The position numbers were made by a program, and so were the translations under genes. This document shows, piece by piece, positions 30,358 through 40,016 of a stretch of DNA of 64,000 nucleotides; position 1 is the stretch's first letter, and every line of letters starts with the position of its first letter. The DNA is from Alistipes senegalensis (GTDB taxonomy: Bacteria > Bacteroidota > Bacteroidia > Bacteroidales > Rikenellaceae): positions 87,524 to 151,523 of the forward strand of contig JAMPDE010000002.1 of assembly GCA_023665825.1 (NCBI GenBank), read 5' to 3'. A model generated the notes under the pieces. That model saw only the letters and a list, made by a program, of their open reading frames with translations. It did no database searches and was not told the origin of the DNA.

Positions 30358-32079
30358 ATGAAAGGAAAAATCGGAAAGTATTTGTCCGAACTTCGGTTCG
30401 GATTTGTGCGTGTCGTGCGGAGGTATCCCGTCGAGACGGCCTTGCAAACGGTGCTGGCCGTTTTGTTTGTTTGGTGGGCCGAAACTGAAAAATTGCCTTT
30501 CCCAGCCGAAGGTTTGTGGTTGTTCCCGCTTTTCTCGTTGGGGGCGCTCGTTATCAACACGCTGGCCGGTGCAAGCGCGTGGCGTCGTGTCTACTACGTG
30601 TGCTGGGCACCGCTCGTGCCATTGTTGTGTTGGTCGGGGCTGAAAGAATGGATCGCTTCGGAGCAGTTCGCCATTACGATCGGATTGCTTGTGCCGTTGG
30701 CTTTGGTGTTGTGCCGTCGGGCGCGGAACAATCAACGTTTTGCTGCCGATGTCATGCTCTATGTGCGGTCGGCTTTCCTCGCATTGTTTTTTACGAACGT
30801 CGCTTTGGCACTTTTTCAGGCCACGTTCTGGTCGGCGGCCTATATCTTCGGGTTCGATGACGTGCGGTGGATTTCGCATTTCGCGGGCGATGTCGCTTGG
30901 TGTGCCAATCTGTTGATTGTGCCGGTAGTGTTCCTGATGCTGCTCGACAGGTGGGAGAATGCCGAATACCGGTTGGCTCGTTTCGGCGAGGTGCTGGTCA
31001 ACTGGCTTTTCACGCCGGCACTTATCGTCTACGCCTTGCTTTTGCATCTTTATGCGCTTAAAATCGTGCTCGTGTGGTCGTTGCCGCGCGGTGGCGTCGC
31101 TTATCTCGTCTTCGGGTTCATGTTGATGGCTTTGCTCGTGCGGCTGTTGCGCGAATTGATCGACAAACATGTGGCCGAATGGTTTTACAGCAGGTTCAGT
31201 TTCTTCATGCTCGTGCCTGCGTTGTTGTTCTGGGTCGGAGTCATGCGCCGTGTCAGCGAGTACGGATTGACCGATTCGCGTGTCTATCTGTTAGTTTGCG
31301 GTATCGTGATGACGTTGGCCGTAGGGTTGTTCTTCCTGCGTTCGGGGCGTTACAGTTGGTTGTGCGCTTCGGCGTTCGTTCTTTTTGCGGCTATGGCATA
31401 CGTGCCTTTTCTGTCGCCGAAAAACATCGGTCTGCATTCGCAGCGGGCCCGTTTCGAGCGGTTGGGGCATGAATTGGGCATGCTCGACGACGAGGGCCGT
31501 TTCGTGCGTCGGACGGTACTGTGGGCCGATTCGGTGCGGCGGGCCGATTATGCCGACTTTTTTTCGGCGATGCGTTATGTCGAACTGCGCGACACTACGT
31601 TCCGTACCTCGTTGGACTTGGGCGATAAAAGTTCGTGGGGATTGCAGTATGAATTGTTGCCGTGGGAAGGTTCGGATACGGTCATCGTCGAGGCCGGTGA
31701 CATCGTCGAGGTCGAATTGCCGTTGGATTGCCGTATCCCGCAGGATGCGACGTATCGTTATATCTATCCGAACTTGAATCATGGGTGGATTTCGCATAAG
31801 CAGGCCGGCGTTCGTTTCAAATCGGACACTTTGCGCATCGTCTATTTCGGTAAATCGTTGCTCACTATTTCCGGCGACGAGCTCGTCCGGCGACAAATGA
31901 AGCGCACGGGATTGACTTTCGAGGAGCTCTCCGAGCTGAAGCGGGAGCAGGCGACGAAGTTTCTCGATTACCGCGACGAACGGGTGCGGGTCATCTTCAG
32001 CAGCCTCAAAGTCGAGCGGCGCGATTCGACGTCGTACGGTTGTGCCGGTGCGGCGGTCGAGTTGGTCATGTCGCGGTGA
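30358..32079 (+). CDS. DUF4153-like multi-pass membrane protein
   Basis: About 10 TM segments, YALLLHLYALKI, RVSEYGLTDSRVY, then a soluble C-terminal domain. Confidence 0.75.
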   Translation: MKGKIGKYLSELRFGFVRVVRRYPVETALQTVLAVLFVWWAETEKLPFPAEGLWLFPLFSLGALVINTLAGASAWRRVYYVCWAPLVPLLCWSGLKEWIASEQFAITIGLLVPLALVLCRRARNNQRFAADVMLYVRSAFLALFFTNVALALFQATFWSAAYIFGFDDVRWISHFAGDVAWCANLLIVPVVFLMLLDRWENAEYRLARFGEVLVNWLFTPALIVYALLLHLYALKIVLVWSLPRGGVAYLVFGFMLMALLVRLLRELIDKHVAEWFYSRFSFFMLVPALLFWVGVMRRVSEYGLTDSRVYLLVCGIVMTLAVGLFFLRSGRYSWLCASAFVLFAAMAYVPFLSPKNIGLHSQRARFERLGHELGMLDDEGRFVRRTVLWADSVRRADYADFFSAMRYVELRDTTFRTSLDLGDKSSWGLQYELLPWEGSDTVIVEAGDIVEVELPLDCRIPQDATYRYIYPNLNHGWISHKQAGVRFKSDTLRIVYFGKSLLTISGDELVRRQMKRTGLTFEELSELKREQATKFLDYRDERVRVIFSSLKVERRDSTSYGCAGAAVELVMSR

Positions 32080-32095
32080 AAATGATGCTCGTGCG

Positions 32096-32659
32096 ATGAA
32101 TCATCCCGTTTTGGGCGAAATCGAGTGCGTGCGGTCTTCGCGGGCGCGGCGCATCACCGTCAGCGTGCGGCGGGGCGGAGCCGTTAGGCTGACTTATCCG
32201 CGTCGGGCGTCGCAACGGCAGGCGTTGGAGTTCTTGGAGAGCAAAATCGCGTGGGTCGAACGTGCGCGCGAACGGATAGCGGCTCGCACGCCGGTCGAAC
32301 CGCTGTTGCCGCCCGCCGAAGCGAAAGAACGCATCGAGGAATTGCGCCGTGCGGCGAAAGCCGACCTTCTGGCACGGCTCGAAAGGCTCTCGCAACAGAC
32401 CGGATTGCGGTATGCCGGTGTGACGATTCGGGCGGCGCGAACGAAGTGGGGATGCTGCACGTCGCGGAACACCATTTCGTTGAGCCTTTTTCTGATGGCT
32501 TTGCCTGAACATTTGCGTGATTTTGTGTTGCTGCACGAGTTGTGCCATACGGTGCACCACGACCATTCGCCCCGTTTCCATGCGCTGCTCGACCGGTTGA
32601 CGGGAGGCCGCGAGTGGGAGTTGAACCGCGAACTGCGTGGTTATTCGATTCGCGGATGA
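32096..32659 (+). CDS. YgjP/DUF45-like zinc metalloprotease
   Basis: RTKWGCC and HELCH...HSPRFH zincin motif. Confidence 0.88.
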   Translation: MNHPVLGEIECVRSSRARRITVSVRRGGAVRLTYPRRASQRQALEFLESKIAWVERARERIAARTPVEPLLPPAEAKERIEELRRAAKADLLARLERLSQQTGLRYAGVTIRAARTKWGCCTSRNTISLSLFLMALPEHLRDFVLLHELCHTVHHDHSPRFHALLDRLTGGREWELNRELRGYSIRG

Positions 32660-32741
32660 CCGGAGTGCGGACGATTTGGAAAATCGCTGTTTTATGCCTA
32701 TCTTCGTCAAAATAACGTCGAACATCTAAACAACATTCATA

Positions 32742-33893
32742 ATGAAACAGAAAGTTTCCGATAAATTCGAGGCGCTTTTCGGTGCGGGTGCCGAGTTGTT
32801 CGCTTCGCCGGGTCGCATCAACCTGATCGGCGAGCACACCGATTACAACGGCGGGTTCGTCTTTCCGGGCGCGGTCGACAAGGGAATCGTAGCTGCCATT
32901 CGGCTCAATGGCACCGACAAGGTGAACGCCTATGCGCTCGACCTCGATGAAAAGAGCACGTTCGGCCTGAACGAAGAGGACAAGCCGAAAGAGGGCTGGG
33001 CCTGCTATCTGTTCGGCGTATGTCGTGAAATTCAGAAACGGGGCGGCAAGATCGAGGGCTTCGATACCGTGTTTTCGGGCGATGTGCCGCTGGGTGCGGG
33101 CATGTCGTCGTCGGCCGCGCTGGAATCTACCTATGCTTTCGCGCTGAACGAGCTTTGTCACTGCGGAATTGACAAATTCGAGCTGGCCCGAATCGGCCAG
33201 TCGACCGAACACAACTACTGCGGTGTGAATTGCGGCATCATGGACCAGTTCGCCTCCGTTTTCGGCAAGGCGGGGTGCCTGATGCGACTGGATTGCCGTT
33301 CGATGGAATATGCCTACTTCCCGTTCGACCCCGAAGCGCACGGCTACAAGCTCGTGCTGGTCGATTCGCGGGTGAAGCATGAATTGGTCGATTCGCCATA
33401 CAACACACGCCGTCAGTCGTGCGAGCGGGTCGTTGCCGAAATACAGAAAAAACATCCGCACGTGCAGTTCCTGCGCGATGCCGATGCGACGATGCTCGAA
33501 GAGGTCGCTCCGGCCATTTCGCAGGAGGATTATAAGCGTGCCCGCTTCGTCATCGGTGAGGTGCGGCGCGTGCTCGATGTTTGCGATGCGTTGGAGCGGA
33601 ACGACTACGAAACGGTCGGCGAGAAGATGTACGAAACCCACTGGGGGCTGTCGAAGGATTACGAAGTCTCGTGCGTCGAGTTGGATTTCCTCGCAGAGGT
33701 AGCCAAAGAGTGCGGCGTGACGGGTTCGCGCATCATGGGCGGCGGTTTCGGCGGTTGCACGATCAATCTGGTGAAGCAAGAACTTTACGATGATTTCATC
33801 GCGACGGCCAAATCGAAATTCAATGCCGAATACGGCCATGAACCGAAAATCTACGACGTGGTGATTTCCGACGGTTCGCGTCGGTTGGAATAA
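32742..33893 (+). CDS. galK: Galactokinase
   Basis: PGRINLIGEHTDYN, PLGAGMSSSAA, CGIMDQF, RIMGGGFGG. Confidence 0.96.
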   Translation: MKQKVSDKFEALFGAGAELFASPGRINLIGEHTDYNGGFVFPGAVDKGIVAAIRLNGTDKVNAYALDLDEKSTFGLNEEDKPKEGWACYLFGVCREIQKRGGKIEGFDTVFSGDVPLGAGMSSSAALESTYAFALNELCHCGIDKFELARIGQSTEHNYCGVNCGIMDQFASVFGKAGCLMRLDCRSMEYAYFPFDPEAHGYKLVLVDSRVKHELVDSPYNTRRQSCERVVAEIQKKHPHVQFLRDADATMLEEVAPAISQEDYKRARFVIGEVRRVLDVCDALERNDYETVGEKMYETHWGLSKDYEVSCVELDFLAEVAKECGVTGSRIMGGGFGGCTINLVKQELYDDFIATAKSKFNAEYGHEPKIYDVVISDGSRRLE

Positions 33894-33910
33894 CCGTTGC
33901 GGAGCAGCGG

Positions 33911-33948
33911 ACAAAAAAGGAGGGCTTTTGAAGGCGCTCCTTTTTTGT
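33911..33948. terminator. Bidirectional terminator (galK / GNAT)
   Basis: ACAAAAAAGGAG...CTCCTTTTTTGT inverted repeat. Confidence 0.75.
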
Positions 33949-33985
33949 TATGAGTGGCGGAAAATTTCGAGAAAGGCAGTAGGGG

Positions 33986-34576
33986 TTATTTCTCCAATAG
34001 CTTTTGGAACAGGACTTCGTCCGTATAGCCGTCGGGTGTCCAAAGCCAGTCGCGTTTGGTGCCGACTTCGACGAATCCGGCGTTTCGGAACAACGCGAGG
34101 CTGGCCGTATTCGTTGCGCCGACGTTACACCACAGCTGATGCAGTCCCAGCACTTCGCGGGCGTAGCGGCAGCCGGTTTCTATCACATCGGTCGCGTATC
34201 CTTGCCTGCGGGCATCCGCCGGATGAATCAGAATGCCGATTCCGGCGCGTCGGTTCAGCGGGTCGAACTCGAAAAGGTCGAGCGCGCCGATGATGCGGGG
34301 GGAGTTTAGGACGGAGTTGTCCGCGTTCGTTTCGTTGCGATATTTGCGGCTGTCGGAAAAGCGGTCGGGCGTTTCGATAATCAATCGCTGCTGGCGGGTC
34401 TGGAAGATGTCGAAGCGTTGTTCTTCGACGAACCGTTCGAGTGCATGACGCGAAAAAGGTGCCGTCGTCCCGCTCACTCGCCAAACCGACGGGTCGTTTT
34501 CCCAACGGTACATCGGGTCGATGTCCTCCGGTTCGACCGCCCGCAAACGAATCAGTTTTCCTTCGATCGGTGTCAA
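33986..34576 (-). CDS. GNAT (RimJ/RimL-like) acetyltransferase
   Basis: IRLRAVEPEDID, RRQGYA, NTASLALFRNAGF. Probable TTG start overlapping the ROK stop (TTGA). Confidence 0.85.
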   Translation of the reverse strand: MTPIEGKLIRLRAVEPEDIDPMYRWENDPSVWRVSGTTAPFSRHALERFVEEQRFDIFQTRQQRLIIETPDRFSDSRKYRNETNADNSVLNSPRIIGALDLFEFDPLNRRAGIGILIHPADARRQGYATDVIETGCRYAREVLGLHQLWCNVGATNTASLALFRNAGFVEVGTKRDWLWTPDGYTDEVLFQKLLEK

Positions 34577-35802
34577 AGTCCGATGATTTTGTTGCGGATC
34601 AACATCGCCACACCCCAAGCGTTGGCGTTCTCCGACATCTTCGAGAGCCGGAATTTCGTGTCCTTATAGACCAAGTTGAGCGAGTATTTGTTGGTGGCCG
34701 ATTTGAGCGGCAACATCAGGTAATCGCCTGCTGTCGCCATCGGGCCGCCGACAATGACCGTTTCGGGGTTGAACGTGTTGATAAGGAATGCGATTGCCTT
34801 GCCGACTTTTTCGCCCGCTTCCTCGATGAGCTCGATGGAGAGGTTGTCGTCGTTCTTGGCCGCCGCGATGATGTCCTCGATGCGGATGCTCTTTTGCTGT
34901 TCGTATTGACCGCGAAGAATGGTATTGACGCCTTTTTCAATCAGATGGGACATCTTTTCCTCGATGGCGATACCCGAAACTTCCGTTTCCAGACATCCTT
35001 TCTTGCCGCACGAGCAGATGATTTCGTTGTCGAAGAACGGAATGTGTCCGAATTCGCCTGCAAAACCACTTTTGCCGTAATAAAGTTGTCCGTCGACGAT
35101 GATGCCGATAGCCACGCCGCGTCCCATGTGCAGATAGAGCACGTTGCTCTCGTCTTTCGATTTGCCGCAGGTATACTCGGCATAGCAGCGGGCGCGGGTG
35201 TCGTTTTCCAGCAATACGCGGATGCCGACCCGTTCTTCGAGGATTTCGCGCAGCGATTGTTCGCTCGTCGTGAAGTATTTGTAGCTGCGGCCCGTGTCGG
35301 GATTGACGCGGCCCGTCATGCAGACGCCCAATCCGAGAATTTTGCCGCGATCGACGCCGCAGGTCGCGATGAACTGCTCGATGTTCGTGCAGATGTGTTC
35401 GATGCACTGCGGGCGGTCGAGCAGCTCGAACGTCAAGTCGACCTCCTCCTTGATGATGTTGTTTTGCAGGTCGGTGATCAGAAAGGTCATGTTGTCGCGC
35501 CCGACGTTGACGCCGGCGAAATAGATGGCCGAGTTCGCCAGTCCGAAGATGTTGGGACGGCGTCCGCCCGGCGTTTCCACTTTGCCCAAGTCGCACACGA
35601 TGTTCTCTTCGACCAGTTCCTGCACCAGCTTGGTGATGGTCGGTACGCTGATATGCAGCTCTTTGGTCAGTTCCGAGAGCGTGCATTCGCCGTTTACGGC
35701 CATGTGCGCGATGATATTGCGTTTGATGAGGTTGTTTTTGTGGGTAATTCCCTTCAAGGCATCTTCTTCGTGCTTGTTGAAAAAATCGGTCAGCGAGGTC
35801 AT
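34573..35802 (-). CDS. ROK-family transcriptional repressor
   Basis: N-terminal HTH (ISVPTITKLVQEL...GGRRP), LENDTRA, AGEFGH...CSCGKKGCLE. Confidence 0.93.
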   Translation of the reverse strand: MTSLTDFFNKHEEDALKGITHKNNLIKRNIIAHMAVNGECTLSELTKELHISVPTITKLVQELVEENIVCDLGKVETPGGRRPNIFGLANSAIYFAGVNVGRDNMTFLITDLQNNIIKEEVDLTFELLDRPQCIEHICTNIEQFIATCGVDRGKILGLGVCMTGRVNPDTGRSYKYFTTSEQSLREILEERVGIRVLLENDTRARCYAEYTCGKSKDESNVLYLHMGRGVAIGIIVDGQLYYGKSGFAGEFGHIPFFDNEIICSCGKKGCLETEVSGIAIEEKMSHLIEKGVNTILRGQYEQQKSIRIEDIIAAAKNDDNLSIELIEEAGEKVGKAIAFLINTFNPETVIVGGPMATAGDYLMLPLKSATNKYSLNLVYKDTKFRLSKMSENANAWGVAMLIRNKIIGL

Positions 35803-35913
35803 GGTTCGTCGAGCGTTTTTAATTTACTTTGCAAAATTAGTAAATATATTTAATAAGTACAACGGGCGATCTGTAAAAATCCGAAAATTTTCGAGCATGA
35901 GGTCGGGATACGA

Positions 35914-35947
35914 AAAAAGGGATGCCTTTCGCAGGGCATCCCTTTTT
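35914..35947 (-). terminator. Intrinsic terminator after fabD
   Basis: AAAAAGGGATGCC...GGCATCCCTTTTT. Confidence 0.8.
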
Positions 35948-35967
35948 CGTTTGCAGTAGTGTCGCTG

Positions 35968-36849
35968 TTACAAAGTCGATTTCGATTCGACCGTTGCTTC
36001 GGCATCCACCTTCTTGATAAGGCCTTGCAGCACATTGCCCGGCCCGAGTTCCGTGAACTCCGTGATTCCGTTGGCCAGCATGTTGCGTACGATGTACGTC
36101 CAGCGCACCGGTGCGGTCAGCTGGGCGATCAAGTTGGCTTTGATGACTGCGGGATCGGTGTAAGGTTTTGCGTCCACATTTTGATAGATAGGGCAGGTCG
36201 GCGTCTGGAAAGGAGCCTCGTTGATAGCTTTTTCCAGTTCCTGTTTCGCCGGCTCCATCAGGGGCGAGTGGAACGCACCGCCAACCGGCAGGCGCAATGC
36301 GCGTTTGGCTCCGGCTGCTTTGGCCTTTTCGCAGGCGGCATCGACCGCTTCGACGGCACCCGAAATCACCAACTGGCCCGGGCAGTTGTAGTTAGCGGCC
36401 ACGACGACTCCTTCGGTCGATGCGCAGATCTCTTCGACGGTGGTATCGTCCAACCCGAGAATGGCGGCCATCGTGCCGGGCTGCGCTTCGCAGGCGGCCT
36501 GCATCGCTTGGGCACGTTTCGATACGAGTTTCAACCCGTCCTCGAACGACAAGGCACCGGCAACGACCAATGCCGAGAATTCGCCCAACGAGTGACCGGC
36601 GACGGCATCGGGTTTCACGCCGAGCGCTTTGGCCATGATGACCGAGTGCAGGAATACGGCTGGTTGGGTGACTTTCGTCTGTTTCAGTTCGTCGGGCGTT
36701 CCGGTGAACATGATGTCCGTAATGCGGAATCCGAGAATTTCATTCGCTTTTTCAAAAAGCTCCTTTGCAACGGGTACGTTGTCGTAGAGGTCTTTGCCCA
36801 TTCCGACGGCTTGGGCGCCTTGACCCGGAAAAACGTATGCGTGTTTCAT
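35968..36849 (-). CDS. fabD: Malonyl-CoA:ACP transacylase
   Basis: FPGQGAQ, TQPA, GHSLGE, GAFHSPLM. Confidence 0.96.
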   Translation of the reverse strand: MKHAYVFPGQGAQAVGMGKDLYDNVPVAKELFEKANEILGFRITDIMFTGTPDELKQTKVTQPAVFLHSVIMAKALGVKPDAVAGHSLGEFSALVVAGALSFEDGLKLVSKRAQAMQAACEAQPGTMAAILGLDDTTVEEICASTEGVVVAANYNCPGQLVISGAVEAVDAACEKAKAAGAKRALRLPVGGAFHSPLMEPAKQELEKAINEAPFQTPTCPIYQNVDAKPYTDPAVIKANLIAQLTAPVRWTYIVRNMLANGITEFTELGPGNVLQGLIKKVDAEATVESKSTL

Positions 36850-36910
36850 CTTTTCTGCAATTTTTGGGTTTGCGGATGCAAAGATACGAATTTATTTCTT
36901 AACTTTGCAC

Positions 36911-37082
36911 CGCAACGGTTCGCAAAGGACGTTCGTGTCCGGCGCGATGAAAAGGGAATGCCGTGAGAATCGGCAGCAGTTCCCGCTGCTGTAAGTCCTC
37001 GATTGGTTTCGCAACAGGTTGTGCCACTGATCCTCGCGATCGGGAAGGCGTTGCGGACGGGATGAGCCAGAAGACCTGCCTT
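36911..37082 (+). promoter_or_regulatory. Cobalamin riboswitch
   Basis: AAAAGGGAA...GAGAATCGG...CCCGCTGCTGTAA...GCCACTG...GGGAAGGC...AGCCAGAAGACCTGCC (B12 box). TAACTTTG promoter element at 36900-36907. Confidence 0.93.
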
Positions 37083-37290
37083 TGCATCTTCCTCTGTCGG
37101 AAGAATCTTTTTTTCGAGCGCATCTGCGGAGAACGGAGCATCGGTCGGGGTGGTTTCCTATATATATAGGTATTCGTTCGACGGTCGCACGGGCAGCTGA
37201 TGCGCGACGCGAAAAGTAGAAAGGTTCGATTCCGAAGAGGCCGGAACCGGATTTTTTTATTTTAACCGTTTAATTAAAACAAACAGAACG

Positions 37291-38136
37291 ATGAAAAAAC
37301 TTTTCTTTTTGGCATTTGCGGCTTTTGCCGTAGCCGCCTGCTCGGATGATGATGAAACGCCGAATCCTTATGTGACGGTCGATTTCGAGAATGTGCCTGC
37401 TTCGATGTTGGCCGGTCCGACTTCTTATGGGGATAATTGCTACGAAATCATGTATAAGGACGGGGAACCGTTCATCTCGTGGACGGACTCCGAATCGCAG
37501 TTGTCGATCGGTATTCGGCTGGGACAAAGCTATGGCAGTGATAAGGAGACGCACGAAATGACAAACGGTGCAACTTTCCCGTCCAACTGGAATATCAGTT
37601 CCAATCCTGCGGACAAGTCGGGCGATTGGTGGTACAGCTATCAGAATCAATGCAGCGTGTACAATACGGCATCGGCCGATGGTGCGAACAAGGCGGCCGG
37701 TCATAGCGGCTCGAACTTCATCGTGGCATACGAAAGTACTTTCTTGGGAAAGGCCGGTGAATGTACTTTGCCGGAGGGAACGGAAAAAACCTTCGTCGAT
37801 ATGTGGGTTTGCAATACTTCGTATGTCTATGGCAACATCACGCTCGGAAGTGCTTACAGCACTCCGCTGAAAGAGAACAAAGGTTGGTTCAAACTGCTCG
37901 TTCGGGGATACCGGGCCGGTGCGGACGAACCGGTAGCGGAAGATGAAATCTATTTGGCCGATTATCGGAACGGTGTTGGTTTCTGCCTCGATAAATGGAC
38001 GTGGTTCAGTCTTGCGAATATCAAACAGCAGCCGGTCAATCGGATTGATTTTCATTTCGAGGGTTCCGATACCGGCGACTGGGGGCTGAACACTCCGGCC
38101 TATGTCTGCGTCGACGATATTCGGTTGGAAAAATAG
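37291..38136 (+). CDS. DUF4465 (BtuJ-like) surface lipoprotein, probable cobalamin-binding
   Basis: Lipobox VAAC followed by acidic SDDDE export signal. C-terminal GSDTGDWGLNTPAYVCVDDI is typical of DUF4465. Lies downstream of the B12 riboswitch. Confidence 0.85.
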   Translation: MKKLFFLAFAAFAVAACSDDDETPNPYVTVDFENVPASMLAGPTSYGDNCYEIMYKDGEPFISWTDSESQLSIGIRLGQSYGSDKETHEMTNGATFPSNWNISSNPADKSGDWWYSYQNQCSVYNTASADGANKAAGHSGSNFIVAYESTFLGKAGECTLPEGTEKTFVDMWVCNTSYVYGNITLGSAYSTPLKENKGWFKLLVRGYRAGADEPVAEDEIYLADYRNGVGFCLDKWTWFSLANIKQQPVNRIDFHFEGSDTGDWGLNTPAYVCVDDIRLEK

Positions 38137-38223
38137 ACACTATCCGCGCCGACGAGCGGTCGATTCCTCGAAAACGGTCGGCCCGGTGTTGAAAAATCGG
38201 TATGAGTGACCCGAACGCCGGAT

Positions 38224-38262
38224 AAAGTCCCCGCGAGCCTGCCTGCTTGCGGGGGCTTTTTT
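38224..38262. terminator. Intrinsic terminator between convergent DUF4465 and speA genes
   Basis: AAAGTCCCCGCGAGC...GCTTGCGGGGGCTTTTTT. Confidence 0.8.
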
Positions 38263-38324
38263 ATTCATAAAAAACGCGCAGCAGGTGTTGCCCGCCGCGC
38301 GTTTCGCGCAGTACTGCATGAAAA

Positions 38325-39716
38325 TCAATATCCGAGTATTCGCAGCATCGACCGATAGGATTGCTCTTTGGCGAATAGACGGGTGTAGTACTCGTTATCC
38401 TTGTCGCGGTCGATGATGACGTGCTTCGGCGACGGTATCAGGCAGTGCTGGATGCCGCCGAACCCGCCGATGGACTCCTGATAGGCTCCCGTGTGGAACA
38501 GCCCGATATACTGCGTGTTGCCTTTTTCCAATTTGGGCAGGAAAATGGCGTTGGTGTGGCATTCGGCATTGTAGAAATCTTCGCTGTCGCAGGTCAGTCC
38601 GCCGAGAAATACACGCTGGTACTCCTTGTCCCAATTGTTGATCGCCAGCATGATGTAGCGTTGGTTGATGCCCCACGTGTCGGGCAGGGTAGTGATGAAC
38701 GACGAGTCGATCATGTACCAGTTCTCGCGGTCGTTCTGCTGTTTCTGGTTTACGATGGAGTAGAGCGCCGCACCGCTTTCGCCGACGGTGAACGAACCGA
38801 ACTCGGTGAAAATATCGGGCTCTTCGACGCCGTTGCGTTGGCAGATGTTCTTGATTTGGGCTACGATCTCTTCGGTCAGGTATTCGTAATCGTACTCGAA
38901 GTTCAGCGAGTTCTTGATAGGGAATCCGCCGCCGATATTGAGGCTGTCTAGTTCGGGGCAAATCGCTTTCAACTCGCAGTAAACGTTGATGCACTTCGAC
39001 AACTCGTTCCAGTAGTAGGCCGTGTCCTTGATGCCGGTGTTGATGAAGAAGTGCAGCATCTTGAGCTGGAATTTCTTGCTGTTCTTGATTTTCGCCTTGT
39101 AGAATTCCACGATGTCGTTGTAGCGGATGCCGAGCCGCGAGGTGTAGAAATCGAACTTGGGTTCCTCCTCGCAGGCGATGCGGATGCCCAACTTGCACTT
39201 TTGGGTGAAAGCGTCCTCGAAAAGATCGAGTTCCTCCTTGTTGTCCAGTACCGGAATGGTGTTGATGAACCCGTCGTTGACCAGCTGGGCGATATTTTCG
39301 ACGTATTGCGGCCGCTTGAAACCGTTACAGATGATGTACCGGTCTTTGTCGATGATGCCCCCGTCGTAGAGTGCGTTGATGATGTGGATGTCGTAGGCCG
39401 ACGACGTTTCCAAGTGGATGTCGTTCTTCATCGCCTCCTCCAACACGAACGAGAAATGGCTCGACTTGGTACAGTAGCAGTAGTTGTACGAACCTTTGTA
39501 ATCGACCTTCGCCATTGCGACGTTGAACATGCGCTTCGCCCGATTTATCTGCGACGAAATTTTCGGCAGATAGGTGATTTTGAGCGGCGTTCCGTACTGC
39601 TTGATCAATTCCATCAGCGGGATGTCGTGGAATTGCAGTTCGTTGTCTTCGACCGAAAACTCGTCCTGCGGGAAGTCGAACGATTGTTCGATGAGGTCGA
39701 TGTACTTGTCTTTCAT
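38325..39716 (-). CDS. speA: Arginine decarboxylase (short fold-III Orn/DAP/Arg decarboxylase)
   Basis: YCYCTKSS (PLP Lys), CNGFK, SRLG, LNIGGG, TEFGS, TCDSED, HTGAYQE. Substrate is inferred. Confidence 0.8.
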   Translation of the reverse strand: MKDKYIDLIEQSFDFPQDEFSVEDNELQFHDIPLMELIKQYGTPLKITYLPKISSQINRAKRMFNVAMAKVDYKGSYNYCYCTKSSHFSFVLEEAMKNDIHLETSSAYDIHIINALYDGGIIDKDRYIICNGFKRPQYVENIAQLVNDGFINTIPVLDNKEELDLFEDAFTQKCKLGIRIACEEEPKFDFYTSRLGIRYNDIVEFYKAKIKNSKKFQLKMLHFFINTGIKDTAYYWNELSKCINVYCELKAICPELDSLNIGGGFPIKNSLNFEYDYEYLTEEIVAQIKNICQRNGVEEPDIFTEFGSFTVGESGAALYSIVNQKQQNDRENWYMIDSSFITTLPDTWGINQRYIMLAINNWDKEYQRVFLGGLTCDSEDFYNAECHTNAIFLPKLEKGNTQYIGLFHTGAYQESIGGFGGIQHCLIPSPKHVIIDRDKDNEYYTRLFAKEQSYRSMLRILGY

Positions 39717-40016
39717 TTTTATTGTTCGTTGTCTTGTTGACGATCCGGCTTCGTTACTTTGCAAATTTCGGGTCAATGTAGCTCGGTCGGATTGGTGGAA
39801 AATTCGGGATGCAAAGTAAGCGATTATTTTTCGGAACTCCTCCGTTTCGGGGCGTTATTTTGAAAAACCGCTTCGGATTTTGCATATTTCTGCGAAAAAA
39901 GGTAATTTTGAGCCGTAGACCGCGTGCGAAAACATTCGCCGAATGGGGTGTCGGGTCGGTTTTTAGCGACGTTGACGCACCGGACGGAAAAACGGCCTGC
40001 CGCGCTGATAGAAACC

